NCBI GenBank assembly: GCA_964036045.1 | Contig: OZ038378.1 | Coordinates: 55,986,001 to 56,050,000 of the forward strand | From: Eutreptiella sp. 'Long Island Sound 2002' | Lineage: Eukaryota > Protista > Euglenida | DNA length: 64,000 nt | Direction of reading: 5' to 3' | Notes under the pieces: generated by a model | Seen by the model: the letters and a program-made list of their open reading frames with translations, nothing else | Told to the model about the DNA's origin: nothing | Databases searched by the model: none | Position numbers and translations under genes: made by a program | Shown here: in pieces, positions 24,022 to 36,658 of the stretch | How positions within the stretch are numbered: position 1 is the first letter of the stretch | Layout: every line of letters starts with the position of its first letter

Positions 24022-27000
24022 CTGAGGGGAAGAAGTGAGGCTGTGGTCTCTAACGGGCCTCTGAGCATCTCTTGGTCTCAGGAGATGGCTGTCAATCGGA
24101 GGTCCTTCCATACCCCCCTCCCCACCCCCAGTTCCCTGGGTGAGGGCACCCTGATGGTGCCAAACACAAAAGAAAATGACGGTGCCAAACACAAAAGAAA
24201 ATAACGTGCCACAATTGCTAGCCCTTGATTGAACAGGCTCCTGAGAAGTTTCGCTTCAATCGCCTGCCTTGTTACACGAGGAGCAAACTGATCCCGGACC
24301 GTGCCGCGTGCACACCCACCCCCTCCTCCCCCCCTGCGCCACGTGCGCGCCACCCCGCCATGCCCCGCGCGGACCCAGGGGACCTGTGCTCTTGAAGCTC
24401 TTGGTAGATGGATCTGTCCAGGCAGCCTTGTGGAGATTTCATCCACACTGTTGTCTACCAGCAGCACATGGCGGGAAGAAAGTTGCCTCCTTGCAAAGGG
24501 AAGGGGGTGGGGGGGGCAAGGGCACACCCATTTCCTGAACACCCTGGGGTTGACTTATCTCTGTATCTTGAGGTCGCGCCCCGGCTTCTTTCCCACGGGA
24601 TCTGAAGGGTTTTGCCCCCAACAAAGCGGCGCCCCATTGTGGAGATGAGCATTGTCACCGCCGGTGTGGTTCGGTGCAGCCCCTCCTTTGGGCGGAGCCT
24701 CTAGAGGCTAACCAAAAACTAGGCGTATACTTCTCCCAGAGATTCCACGGCAGGCCGTTCTCCACTTCTAGGGTTCCGAAGGTGCGTGGTTGTTGCCCCT
24801 TCCGCCGTGTGTCCCGAGCAGCACGCAGGGTGGCGGTTTACCCCCAATCTCCGGGTCACCTTTGAGTGGGTCCCCAGCGCTGCTCCGGCTGCGTCGGTCC
24901 ACCTATTAGGTTCCGGGTGTCCTATTGCGTTGGTGTCGGTGTTGTGCTGTGTTGTGTTCCTTGCTTTGGTCGACACAAATCGAAGCCACCACAAAGTGAG
25001 GGGGCTGGCTGTGGGTTGGACTTCCCTTTTTGGCGTCAGCAAATGGTAGTGGTAGAGGAACAACAACCTAGGCCCGGGATCCATTGCAACTCCGGGGAGC
25101 CCTTCAAGCCTATTTCCCACACCCCCCCCCCCTCTTATTGGGCTCTCGGGGCTAAATGACCTCACACATAAATTCCAACAATCATACCTCAAAAGCGCAG
25201 TGCCACCCTCCTTAGGGGAGGGCGCTGCATCCACCAGTTCAACCCACCTACCCCATAGTCGTGCGAGGGGGCTGCCCCTTTTCGATGCACCCTGACCAGA
25301 AATGTTCTCGGAGGCTTCCTAACATGCGGGTCTTGGTATGCATATATAGCAATATTTGACATTGATGTCACAAGAGGTTCTTGTTCTATAAACTTCGAGT
25401 AACAACAGTAGCCATAGCCATAGCCATAGCCATACTCAGACCAACAGGAACAGCACCAGTCACACCAACATGAACAGCACCAGCATCAGCAACAGTTACA
25501 CAGTTACAGAAACATTAGCGATAGCAACAGCATGGACCTGTCCAATGTGCACCTCATGGGAAACTCCGCTGAGCGCGATGCTGCCTGTCTTCGGCATCTG
25601 CCTCCGGGGGAGAGGGCCATCCAAGCCTGTTTCCCAACACCCCAACCCCTTGTTAGACTCTCGGGGCTGGGCCCACCAACATGACCCCACACTCTGCCAA
25701 TCCACATTCCACACACATTTGACAGATCATATCTCAAACACGCAGTGCCCCCTAGTTGCTACTAGGCCCACTGATTCAAACCACCTACCCCCGGTTTTTT
25801 TTTGGTGGTGGTGGTGTGGGGGGGGGGGGGGGTACCTCTCTCCGATGCACCCCAACCAAAATATTTCTTGGAGGCTTCCTAATGGTTGCAAAAGGATTTG
25901 GGCTGCTTGTTGCTACTGAGGGGCCGGGGGGTGGTACGTGCCAAAGTTGGAGTGGCAAAATTTAGTGCAAAGAAAAGTTGGCACCGGTTTTTCAAATAGA
26001 ATTTTATTTTTTGGTGCATAATACCCGACACACATGGACACTGACTAGTGGTTGCTGTTTCCTATGGACCTTTCACCGGTTGCAATTATTTCCTGGAGGT
26101 TATTAGGATGCTTGTTGCTCCTACAGACATATGGCATCCGCTCCAACTCGTGTGCAAAAGGGTCCTTCCATACTACTACTTCCAACTATAACACCTAGAA
26201 AAATGATACACTTTTGTTGAGGCAAATGGTGCCATTCCAAGTCTATCCCCCCAAGTAATTCTATAAGGATTTGGTATGCTTACCGGCGATTCGTGGTGCC
26301 TTATAGATGCCCGTTGTTGCTAGCTTGCCTTTAGGTGCTATTGCAAATGATGCAATTGTCCCTTGGTGCTCAAGTACAAGTGCAGCCCTGTGTTCTTCTA
26401 GTTTGAGCGCTGCCAGTGCATGCTAGAAAAAACAACCATGTTCCCTCCTTTTTCAATCTCTTGTTGGGCTTGGTAAGATGGGAACTCATCAGGAGCTGAT
26501 ATGGCTGAATGCAGAGAGGCCCCAGCACCAAGAAAACCCGCTCGCAACCAAAAAAAAAAAAGCTACAGACCATCACCCAAACACCCTCGCTTCTCATATT
26601 TGGAAAAAAATAGAGAATTTCGAAATATTCGGAATTATCAGCCGTAACCCCAAGTGGGCTACTTTCCAAAAGGATTGGCAAGATTCAGATCCCAAGCAGT
26701 GAGGTACCCTCAATAGTACTCTGCCCCTTTCCATACCCAGCCCGTGTGTGTTCCGTGCCTTTGCCCTCATCCTAACATTTCGGGAACACATCGTTATCGA
26801 AAATTTGACAGCTTGGCCCTTCAAGCCTATTTGTTACACCCCCCACCCCCTTATTCGGACAGGCTTAGAGGGACAACTCCCCCGGGGTTGCAATGCACCA
26901 GCAGCCCTATGCTACAGTGCAGAAGGGTTCAACGTGAGAAAATGCGCAAGCGATGGGAATGGCAACGCACAAGAAGCTCATGTGGTGCAGCAGTATGGCA

Positions 27001-27319
27001 ACACACATCTAGTCGGGTGTAGCCCCCTCATCTCCCATTCAGCAACTAAACCCCCCCCCCCCCTAAAGTTCACCCAAACAAAATGGGTGGACACGTGCAG
27101 CATCCCATGGCAGGAAAGACAAGGCCATACCGCGGCACTGAAAGGCCCCACATGGCATCATGCCCAGCCTTCGACACAGCTCGCCCTATCAAGACTCAAT
27201 ATTGGGACCAAGCTGGTGGGGAAATTGGGAAAGGGGGTGCAGCACGTAAGCACAGCAGTTGAATGTTGCTGTCAACGTGTCCCGCGCCAACGCAAAAGGG
27301 GGGGGGGGGGTATACTGCA

Positions 27320-28729
27320 CTTTTGGTCCCAAAATTGGCATTTCAAGGCTTTTTGGAAACTTGCATGGACTAATTTGGGTGAAGGATGCCTCAAAATGGC
27401 CATCAACCACTTGTTGGAGCACCCCAAATGGTCTGGGAATGGCTTTGGAAAAGATATTTTTTGACCGCTTTTGGACCCACGGATGACCCCATAAGCCTGG
27501 CATGTGCGCCGTGCACACTACACCACTGTATGGCACCAATACGGCATCGAAGAGGTTGACAGTTTGGAAATAGCTTGCAAATGGTCCCTTCATCATTATT
27601 TCTCACCACAAGGGTGCCCAACGCAATCCATGGCAGTCAAACATAGGACGGGAAGGTGGAACTCGAAAAAGTATGCAAAAAGGGTGCTTTTCAACGCTGA
27701 TTTTGCGGCAATTTGGGCCCAAAAAGAGGTCGTTGAGCCTGCTATTGGGGTGCAAAACCCAAGAGACAATGATGAATGGTGTTTGCTCATCATCTAGAAT
27801 TGTTCCAATGCAAATGGCCCCCTCCAAGGACATGCGAATCAGCCAAACCGCCCCAAAAAGGTAAAAACCTAGTCCGCCACTTGCGATGCCCATTCTTAGC
27901 TGCCACCGTTTGTTTTGTCAAACTTTGGTTGATTGTACTTCACAGCCATAGGTATCGCCCAATGAAATTTTGGCCGAAACTGAAGCACCACAACATAGTT
28001 TTGATTTTTGCCCATTTTGTGTGTGCTTGCTGCTTGCTTGCTGCTTGCCAAATCTAGGAGGTCCACCCTGGACACTAAAGAGGGTTGCAAAACCTCACCA
28101 GTTCCACCCGCTCAGTGAACAAGCCCCTATAGTCTACAAACATGCCCTACACCTCAATACATCCCCCTAGGGCTATATGAGTGCCCCCTTGAAAGCCCCA
28201 CGTCGCACACGTTCCACTCGGGGTGTCTGCGGGTGTGGTGCATTGTGCGGGGTTGTAGAGCGTTGTGTGGGGATGTAACAAGTTGTTGGGGGTTGTGTGG
28301 TAGGGGGTTGGGGAGGGAGGGGGGGTGACCCCTCGGTTCTGGACGCCAACTACCCCCCCAACCAACTGTTGGCCGGAGGCCCCTTGGGGGGGGGGGTTCA
28401 GGGAGGGGCAAATGGGGGGGGTCTAGGAGGGGCTTGGGGGGGGGGGCTCCAGGGGGGGCAATTTGGGGCGGGGGGGAGGGGCTCCAGGTGGGGCAATTTG
28501 GGCGGTTGGGGGGGGAGGGGGGGGCACAGGCTCCCCTTACCTCCTCTTGCCCTCCCTCTAACCATACCATCACCATATATCTAACCCAACACTCACTCTG
28601 ACCCTAGCCTAGGGTGAGAGCTGGGGCTAGGGTTAGGGCTAGGGTTGGGGTCACCGAGCTGGTGGAACCAGTCTTGGTTTTCTAACTCTTTTTAGTGTCT
28701 AGGGTGGACCTACCAGGTTTAGCAGCAGC

Positions 28730-28764
<35 letters not shown>

Positions 28765-30110
28765 GCAAGCAAGCAGCAGCACGCGCGAAATGGGTAAAAA
28801 TCAGAACTCCGTTGTGGTGCTTTGGATTTGGTTGAAATTTTGGTGCATGATACCTATGGGTGTGAAGTACAATCACACAAAGTTTGAGCAAGAAACTCAA
28901 CGGTGGCGGCCGGGAACGGGATTCGCAAGTGGCGGACCTCAATTTCAGAATTCGTCGAAAATGGCCCAAAATTGCCATTTTTTGGGGCAATTTGGGTGCC
29001 TATAATGTCCATGGAGGGGTTCATTTGCATTGGAATCAATCTAAATGATAAACAACCACCTTTCATCATGGTTTAGTGTGTTTTGTACCCAATTACGGGC
29101 CTCAGTGACCTCTGTTTGGGCCCAAAACACCGCAAAATCGGCCTTGAAAAGCACCCCTTTCGCATACTTTTCAAGTTGCACCTCCTCGTGCCGTGTTTTA
29201 TTGGCATGGATTGCATTGGGCGGCCTTGTTGTGATTAATAACGATGAATGGGATCACTTGTGAGCCTTTTCCACGATGTCACCACCCTCCAATGCCCCAT
29301 TTTGGCACTATAGAGTGGTGTTGAGCGCGCGCAGTGCAATTTGGCACGCAACAGCAAGCAGCACGCGCGAAATGGGGAAAAATCGGAACTCCTTCGTGGT
29401 GCTTCGGATTCGGCTGAAATTTTGGTGGATGATACCTAAGGGTGTGAAGTACAATCACACAAAGTTTGAGCACGAAACTCAACGGTGGCGGCCGGGAACG
29501 GGATTCGCAAGTGGCGGACCTCAATTTCAGAATTCGTCGAAAATGGCCCAAAATTGCCATTTTTTTGGGCAATTTGGGTGCCTAGGATGTCCATGGAGGG
29601 GTTCATTTGCATTGGAATCAATCTAAATGATGAACAAACACCTTTCATCATGGTTTAGTGTGTTTTGTGCCCAATTGGGGGCCTCAACGAGCTCTTTTTG
29701 GGCCCAAAACACCGCAAAATCGGCCTTGAAAAGCACCCTTTTTGCATACTTTTTCAAATTGCACCTCCTCGTGCTGCGTTTTATTGGTATGGATTGCATT
29801 GGGCACCCTTGTGGTGATTAATAACGATGAATGGGATCACTTGTGAGCCTTTTCCACATTGTCATCACCCTTCAATGCCCCATTTTGGCACGATAGAGTG
29901 GTGTTGAGCGCGCAGTGCACGTGCTAGGGTAGGGTCATCCGTGGGTCCAAAAATGGTCCAAAATCATTTTCTCCAATTCTGTTCCTAGACCACTTGGGGT
30001 GCTCAAACAACTGTTTTTAGCCCGTTTTGAGCCCATGGTGGCCCGTTGCGACCCTCCAAAATTAAGAAAAAGCCTTGAAAATGGGCTTTTTGGGGACCAA
30101 AAATGGGTCA
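27320..30110. repeat. Large imperfect inverted-repeat (foldback) structure with an internal ~580-bp tandem duplication
   Basis: 27590-28090 is the diverged reverse complement of 28690-29240; 27320-27540 pairs with 29880-30110; 29330-29830 directly repeats 28780-29250. Confidence 0.75.
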
Positions 30111-31133
30111 AAAATGGGTCGAAAACCCGTTTTTGCAAAATGATAACTAGACCGTTTGCGGTGCACAAACAAGTGAAATGAGCCCATTGTAAGGGATTTT
30201 GGCCCGTCTAAAGTCATAAAATGCCTTGAAGGTGATGTTCCTTTCCCCACCAGCTCGGTCCCAATATTCAGTCCTGGTTAGGGTTAGGTGTAGGGTTAGG
30301 AGTAGGCTGAGGGTTGGGGGTGGGCGTTAGAGTCAAGGTTGGGTTAAGGATAGTGTTGGGGTGAAAAGTGGACAAAATTTTCCTTGGGGCACCTTTGGTG
30401 TTCATGAAGCATCGGGCGCCTTTGGCGCCCATGGACGCCTGAGGGCGACACCTGTGGCAACTAACTGTCGGCCGGAGGCCCCCTAGGGGGGGGGGGGGGG
30501 GGGGCAGGGGTAGTTGGTGTCCTAGGACCTGCGGAGTCGCCCCCCCCCCCCCCGGGATTAAGTTACAACACATGGTTGCAAACTATAGAGGACTGTTCGG
30601 TGTTGCCCAGGAGCTTTGTCGAATGGTGGACATGGTGCCATGCGGGGCCTTTGTTTACTGGTTGCCCAACCGCCAAGACGGAGATAAGCCGATTTGTCGC
30701 AGCAGAATGGGGAATTGTTCCCACACACACACACACACACAGGGCACACATGCTAATGCCATAGTGTGGGGATTTCAAGCTCTGGCTTAGCGGACTGCTG
30801 AAGGGATGGGGGGTGGTGGCAATCCCTTACACAACAGCGATGTCAGCAGCCTCATGCTTCTAAACCAGCAACCTGCTGTCTGATTGGTTGATTTCCCAAA
30901 GTCTTGTGCAACCCCTTCAATACCATGCCCATGTATTCTCCCACACCCACTACGTCCCTCTATCCCACATCTCTACATCCCACACAACAATCCACAACCT
31001 GCTACCTCCCCCACAGCTACAGCTGCGTGCACCACCCACAACCCTGCTGCAACCCCCTGAATTCCCCTGCAAGCCCCAGGGCTTGCAATGTAAAGTGCAC
31101 TCACAGTACAGCACTTTGGCCGTGGGTGCATAC

Positions 31134-31392
31134 CTCCCATGGGGTTGCCAGTGGCATTCCGTGCCCCCACAATGGGCAACAATGCCCTGCAGTTCCGCAC
31201 GCAGGTCCCAGAGGGCATCATCTGGGTTGGAGCTGACCGTGCAATCCTCCACAAGTGCCAGGGTAAGGGTGCCATTGGGGGTTGTGGGTGGCTGCTGCAC
31301 AAAGGGAGGCGTCACGAAAGCGGTGCATAGCTGGCGCCAGCAGTCCTCGGTCTCAGAGCTGAAAGCATGGGCAAAGACAGAAGCATTTGCGG
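31134..31392 (-). CDS. Host-gene exon: N-terminal half of cyclase-like domain 1
   Basis: Acceptor ctgttgtttttcag|CC and donor GGGAG|gtatgc; 259 nt, phase 1 to 2, matching the phase-2 acceptor at 24021; PNGTLTLALVEDCTVSS..LRAELQGIVAHCGGTECHWQPHG(R). Confidence 0.8.
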
Positions 31393-31525
31393 CTGAAAAA
31401 CAACAGGGACCCCCAACCCTCCCCCGCCTTCGCACCGCAAGCATGGCTGACTAATGCTCCCCGACCAGTATGCTCTTGCAGCATGGTCGAGAGGGTACCT
31501 GAAACCTATGAAACCCAGTGCTCAC

Positions 31526-31574
31526 AGGAAGCCCGACCGGCTGGTCCGCACCACCTTGACGCCTGAAGAGCCTT
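31526..31574 (-). CDS. Candidate host-gene exon (49 nt)
   Basis: Acceptor cccctgccag|AAG and donor CCT|gtgagc; phase 0 to 1; KALQASRWCGPAGRAS. Confidence 0.4.
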
Positions 31575-32065
31575 CTGGCAGGGGGGGGGGGGGGTTGTCC
31601 GAGGGGTAGGAGGGGGCGCTGGCCCCAGTAAAAAAGGGCAGGGGGCATGGGGTGCCACTCCACAACCCATTCACCAAGTAGTGACAGTGGATGCCTCAGC
31701 CTTATGAACCCATGCCAGCACCTCTTTTTTTTTCCTCATCCAAAATTTGCAACAATGGTGGTAGTGCTGCCAAACAAGGATGGGCCTCCTTGTACTGCAC
31801 ATCCATGGCTACATCACCCGCACTGTCTCAGGATCCCCACGTTGGGGAAGAGGTGGCCCATAGGTCTTGGCCAAGTGGCACCATCCTGGGCCCAGAGGGG
31901 GGGGGGGGGGGGGCTTGGTTTGGCTGAGCCGAGTTGCCCGTGCCCAGTGCTCCTGGCAGTTGGGCCGGGATACCTGCAACCGTTGTCTGTGCAAAAGGCA
32001 AACAAGAGAAAGGGTTGAGAGTTGGACTCCTTCCAGGTTTGGGTCTCCCACCACAAAGGGCTCAC

Positions 32066-32140
32066 GGTGTGCTGCCGCGAAGGGGGCATCTCATAAAGGA
32101 TCACCCCTGTCCCACTCGGAAGATCCGGCCCCTGCACATC
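32066..32140 (-). CDS. Candidate host-gene exon (75 nt)
   Basis: Acceptor gagctcag|GAT and donor ACC|gtgagc; phase 0 to 0; DVQGPDLPSGTGVILYEMPPSRQHT. Confidence 0.4.
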
Positions 32141-32341
32141 CTGAGCTCATCGGGAACCAGCTTCGTCCGCCAAATGGCCCCTTCTAACCCCAGTCCACAT
32201 GGTCCATATATGCAGTGCCGGACACCAATGGCGTGACTTGCCCACATCTGCGTCGTTTTGCATCCTCAAACAACAAGAATACAGTCAGAAAAAACACATT
32301 GGTGCCATGATGCTTTGAGTGCATCAGTACCAGCAGCGTAC

Positions 32342-32472
32342 CCGTCTCTTGGACTCTCTCCTGCCATTCCAGCCAGGGCTCCAGAGGTACGTGGACTCAA
32401 CAACTATGTGCTGACAGTTGAGGCCACTCAAAGCCGACTGGAATAGTTGATGCCATTTCTCAACAGGCAAAA
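32342..32472 (-). CDS. Candidate host-gene exon (131 nt)
   Basis: Acceptor aactcccag|TT and donor CGG|gtacgc; phase 1 to 0; LPVEKWHQLFQSALSGLNCQHIVVESTYLWSPGWNGRRESKRR. Confidence 0.45.
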
Positions 32473-33766
32473 CTGGGAGTTAACATGTGTGTCCAAAAGT
32501 ACCAGCACGCAGCCCATCCAGACCTCTGTGTGAGCACAACAAACAGCAGGGAAGAGGGCAAAGCACCGCCAATGTGGTGTGCTCACCCACAGTCTGCTCC
32601 AGTGGATTCCAGAAACGCTGTCTTTGACGGGTGCTTGGGGGCCTGCTTGTGGTGTACGTTTGGTGACCACAAGATGTGCCTCTGGCAGCATCAACCCATT
32701 TGTGACTCAAAACTAAGGGCCATCGTCAGGGGATGGATCTAATTTTTGTGTCATCCTGTGGTGGGCGTCATGCAATTGGGCCCCCCATTTTTTGGGGGGA
32801 CACACTTTGTGTGTTTCATCACTCTGTCATAGGCCAACATACCCCTTAACACCCCCCCCCCTCTCTCTCCACCCCTTCCCCGAACCTCTGTTAAACAACC
32901 AGTCCCAGTAAAGGAGACGAACAAAAGTCAGTGAAACACACAGGGCCACCGACAGCACTGCTTGGAAATCTTATTTTTTCAATTTTGACCATCTCTTCTT
33001 TGTTCAACGTGCTGTTTGATGGTTGGATGCCTAGGCAGGCAGGGTTCCCTTGCCCTACAAGGGGGGGGGGGGACGCCCAAGCACTCATGGGGTCCAAAGA
33101 AAGCAAGGTGGGATTTAAAAACAGAAACCTGTAAGCTCCTCTCTTGAGCTCCCCGCTTGGGCCACCCCATTCTTGTGCCCCGTGGCTTTGGCTTCCACGC
33201 ATTTGGACAATCAACAGGGAAGGGAATAGTTTAACAAACTTTTCAAAGGAATAGCAGTTAGTAGAAGCTGACACACTGGTGTCTGCATGCATGATGCCTA
33301 TCTGTATGCACTACTTTTTATCTGTGACTGTTTTGACCTTCAATTGTGCCCCCCCCCCCCCCCCGCCACCCCACGACCCTGTCGGCCCAAATTTCAGCCA
33401 CCACAAAGCGAGGGTGCAGGCCGTGGGCTGGTTCCCCTTGGGGACCAGGAAACAGGAGAGCAGACCTTTTGCTGCCCCTACCCCCCCCACCCCCAACAGA
33501 AAGGGGGCCGGACTGAAAGCAGGCCCGGCACCCCCCCTCCCCCAAGCAAGCCCTCCCCCTGCCCCTGCCCCACTCACACCTCCCTGCCCTGGCAGCGCCA
33601 GTGGGCCGTCCCACGGCTGCCCTCCTACCCTCCACCCTCCCCCGGGAGCGCCTGTGGGCGATCCCACAGCTGCGCTCCACCTTCCCCCCTCTCCAGCGGC
33701 GTCTGTGGGCGATCCCACGGCTGCTCTTGCTCCCTCCCCCTCACAAGCCGGCCCCTTATACCGCCG

Positions 33767-33835
33767 GCCGAGTGGCCGAGCGGTCAACCCCATGAACTGC
33801 TGGGTGGCAGTCGCGGGTTCGAGTCCCTTCCTTCC
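33767..33835 (+). pseudogene. tRNA-Ser(GCU)-derived sequence (SINE-head-like), copy 1 of 5
   Basis: GCCGAGTGGCCGAGCGGTCAACCCCATGAACTGCT..CGCGGGTTCGAGTCCC has box A (TGGCCGAGCGG) and box B (GGTTCGANTCC); the 3' anticodon stem and variable arm are missing. Confidence 0.7.
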
Positions 33836-34298
33836 CCTTGTACCCCCAACGCACAACACAGGAAATACAGAATAGGTAGCTGTACTACACGTAACTGTAT
33901 TTTGCCTGCTTGTATTACCTACCTACCTACCAGTGCAATAGGGTATATTGTATTACTGCCAGTACTGTATCTCCGTGACCCCTCCCCTACCGCCCCCCAC
34001 AGCACATCTGCAGGTGCTTCCACTCACAGAACCTGAGGAACGGGAGCCCCGACGGTGCCCCACACAGGTGGACCTCCCTCCCCCCTGCCCCGGCCCCTGC
34101 CCCTCTCGCCCCTCCCTGCCTCGATTGCAGCAGTGGGCTGTCCCACGGCTGCCCACCTACCCTCCACCCTCCCCCGGGAGCGCCTGTGGGCGATCCCACA
34201 GCTGCGCTCCACCTTCCCCCCTCTCCAGCGGCGCCTGTGGGCGATCCCACGGCTGCTCTCCCCCCCTGCCCCTCACAACCCGCCCCATTATACCGCCG

Positions 34299-34366
34299 GC
34301 CGAGTGGCCGAGCGGTCAACCCCATGAACTGCTGGGTGGCAGTCGCGGGTTCGATTCCCTTCCTTC
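34299..34366 (+). pseudogene. tRNA-Ser(GCU)-derived sequence, copy 2
   Basis: Same box A/box B sequence as copy 1. Confidence 0.7.
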
Positions 34367-35176
34367 CCCTTGTACCCCCAACACACAACACAGGAAATAC
34401 AGAATAGGTAGCTGTACTACACGTAACTGTATTTTACCTGCTAGTATTACCTACCTACCAGTGCAATAGGGTATATTGTATTACTGCCAGTACAGTATCT
34501 CCGTGACCCCTCCCCTACCGCCCCCACAGCGCATCTGCAGGTGCTTCCTCTCACAGAACCTGAGGAGTGGGAGCCCCGACGGTGCCCCGCACAGGTGAAC
34601 CTCCCTCCCCCCTGCCCCGGCCCCTGCCCCTCTTGCCCCTCCCTGCCTCGACTGCAGCAGTGGACTGTACCACGGCTGCCCACCTACCCTCCACCCTCCC
34701 CCTGGAGCGCCAGTGGGCGAACACACCACTGCACACCCTCCTGTTATGATACCGGATCTCTGTGCCCCCCACCCCTCCCGCCCACTGCTAGTATTACCTA
34801 CCTACCTACCAGTGCAATAGGGTATATTGTATTATTGCCAGTGCTGTATCTCCGTGACCCCTCCCCTACCGCCCCCCACAGCACATCTGCAGGTGCCTCC
34901 ACTCGCAGAACCTGAGGATGGGAACCTCGACGGTGCCCCACACAGGTGGACCTCCCTCCCCCCTGCCCCGGCCCCTGTCCCTCTCGCCCCTCCCTGCCTC
35001 GACTGCGGCAGTGGGCTGTCCCACGGCTGCCCACCTACCCTCCATCCCCCCCCGGGAGCGCCTGTGGGCGATCCCACAGCTGCGCTCCACCTTCCCCCCT
35101 CTCCAGCGGCGCCTGTGGGCGATCCCACGGCTGCTCTCCCCCCCTGCCCCTCACAACCCGCCCCATTATACCGCCG

Positions 35177-35244
35177 GCCGAGTGGCCGAGCGGTCAACCC
35201 CATGAACTGCTGGGTGGCAGTCGCGGGTTCGATTCCCTTCCTTC
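35177..35244 (+). pseudogene. tRNA-Ser(GCU)-derived sequence, copy 3
   Basis: Same box A/box B sequence. Confidence 0.7.
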
Positions 35245-36054
35245 CCCTTGTACCCCCAACACACAACACAGGAAATACAGAATAGGTAGCTGTACTACAC
35301 GTAACTGTATTTTACCTGCTAGTATTACCTACCTACCAGTGCAATAGGGTATATTGTATTACTGCCAGTACAGTATCTCCGTGACCCCTCCCCTACCGCC
35401 CCCACAGCGCATCTGCAGGTGCTTCCTCTCACAGAACCTGAGGAGTGGGAGCCCCGACGGTGCCCCGCACAGGTGAACCTCCCTCCCCCCTGCCCCGGCC
35501 CCTGCCCCTCTTGCCCCTCCCTGCCTCGACTGCAGCAGTGGACTGTACCACGGCTGCCCACCTACCCTCCACCCTCCCCCTGGAGCGCCAGTGGGCGAAC
35601 ACACCACTGCACACCCTCCTGTTATGATACCGGATCTCTGTGCCCCCCACCCCTCCCGCCCACTGCTAGTATTACCTACCTACCTACCAGTGCAATAGGG
35701 TATATTGTATTATTGCCAGTGCTGTATCTCCGTGACCCCTCCCCTACCGCCCCCCACAGCACATCTGCAGGTGCCTCCACTCGCAGAACCTGAGGATGGG
35801 AACCTCGACGGTGCCCCACACAGGTGGACCTCCCTCCCCCCTGCCCCGGCCCCTGTCCCTCTCGCCCCTCCCTGCCTCGACTGCAGCAGTGGGCTGTCCC
35901 ACGGCTGCCCACCTACCCTCCATCCCCCCCCGGGAGCGCCTGTGGGCGATCCCACAGCTGCGCTCCACCTTCCCCCCTCTCCAGCGGCGCCTGCGGGCGA
36001 TCCCACGGCTGCTCTCCCCCCCTCCCCCTCGCAACCCGCCCCATTGTACCGCCG

Positions 36055-36122
36055 GCCGAGTGGCCGAGTGGTCAACCCCATGAACTGTTGGGTGGCAGTC
36101 GCGGGTTCGATTCCCTTCCTTC
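36055..36122 (+). pseudogene. tRNA-Ser(GCU)-derived sequence, copy 4
   Basis: Same, with TGGCCGAGTGG box A variant. Confidence 0.7.
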
Positions 36123-36590
36123 CCCTTGTACCCCCAACACACAACACAGGAAATACAGAATAGGTAGCTGTACTACACGTAACTGTATTTTGCCTGCTAG
36201 TATTACCTACCTACCTACCTACCAGTGCAATAGGGTATATTGTATTACTGCCAGTACTGTATCTCCGTGACCCCTCCCCTACCGCCCCCCACAGCACATC
36301 TGCAGGTGCTTCCACTCACAGAACCTGAGGAACGGGAGCCCCGACGGTGCCCCACACGGGTGGACCTCCCTCCCCCCTGCCCCGTCCCCTGCCCCTCTCG
36401 CCCCTCCCTGCCTCGATTGCAGCAGTGGGCTGTCCCACGGCTGCCCACCTACCCTCCACCCTCCCCCGGGAGCGCCTGTGGGCGATCCCACAGCTGCGCT
36501 CCACCTTCCCCCCTCTCTAGCGGCGCCTGTGGGCGATCCCACGGCTGCTCTCCCCCCCTGCCCCTCACAACCCGCCCCATTATACCGCCG

Positions 36591-36658
36591 GCCGAGTGGC
36601 CGAGCGGTCAACCCCATGAACTGCTGAGTGGCAGTCGCGGGTTCGATTCCCTTCCTTC
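36591..36658 (+). pseudogene. tRNA-Ser(GCU)-derived sequence, copy 5
   Basis: Same box A/box B sequence. Confidence 0.7.

Noticed and set aside
28600-28660. True telomere or chromosome end
   Set aside because: The TTAGGG-like tracts are short, degenerate and embedded in a dispersed repeat found several times internally.
2242-31392. Photoactivated adenylyl cyclase (PAC)
   Set aside because: Two cyclase domains are present, but no BLUF domain motif was seen and the catalytic residues are lost.
33767-36658. Functional tRNA genes
   Set aside because: The acceptor stem does not close and the 3' anticodon stem and variable arm are missing, so they are reported as tRNA-derived.
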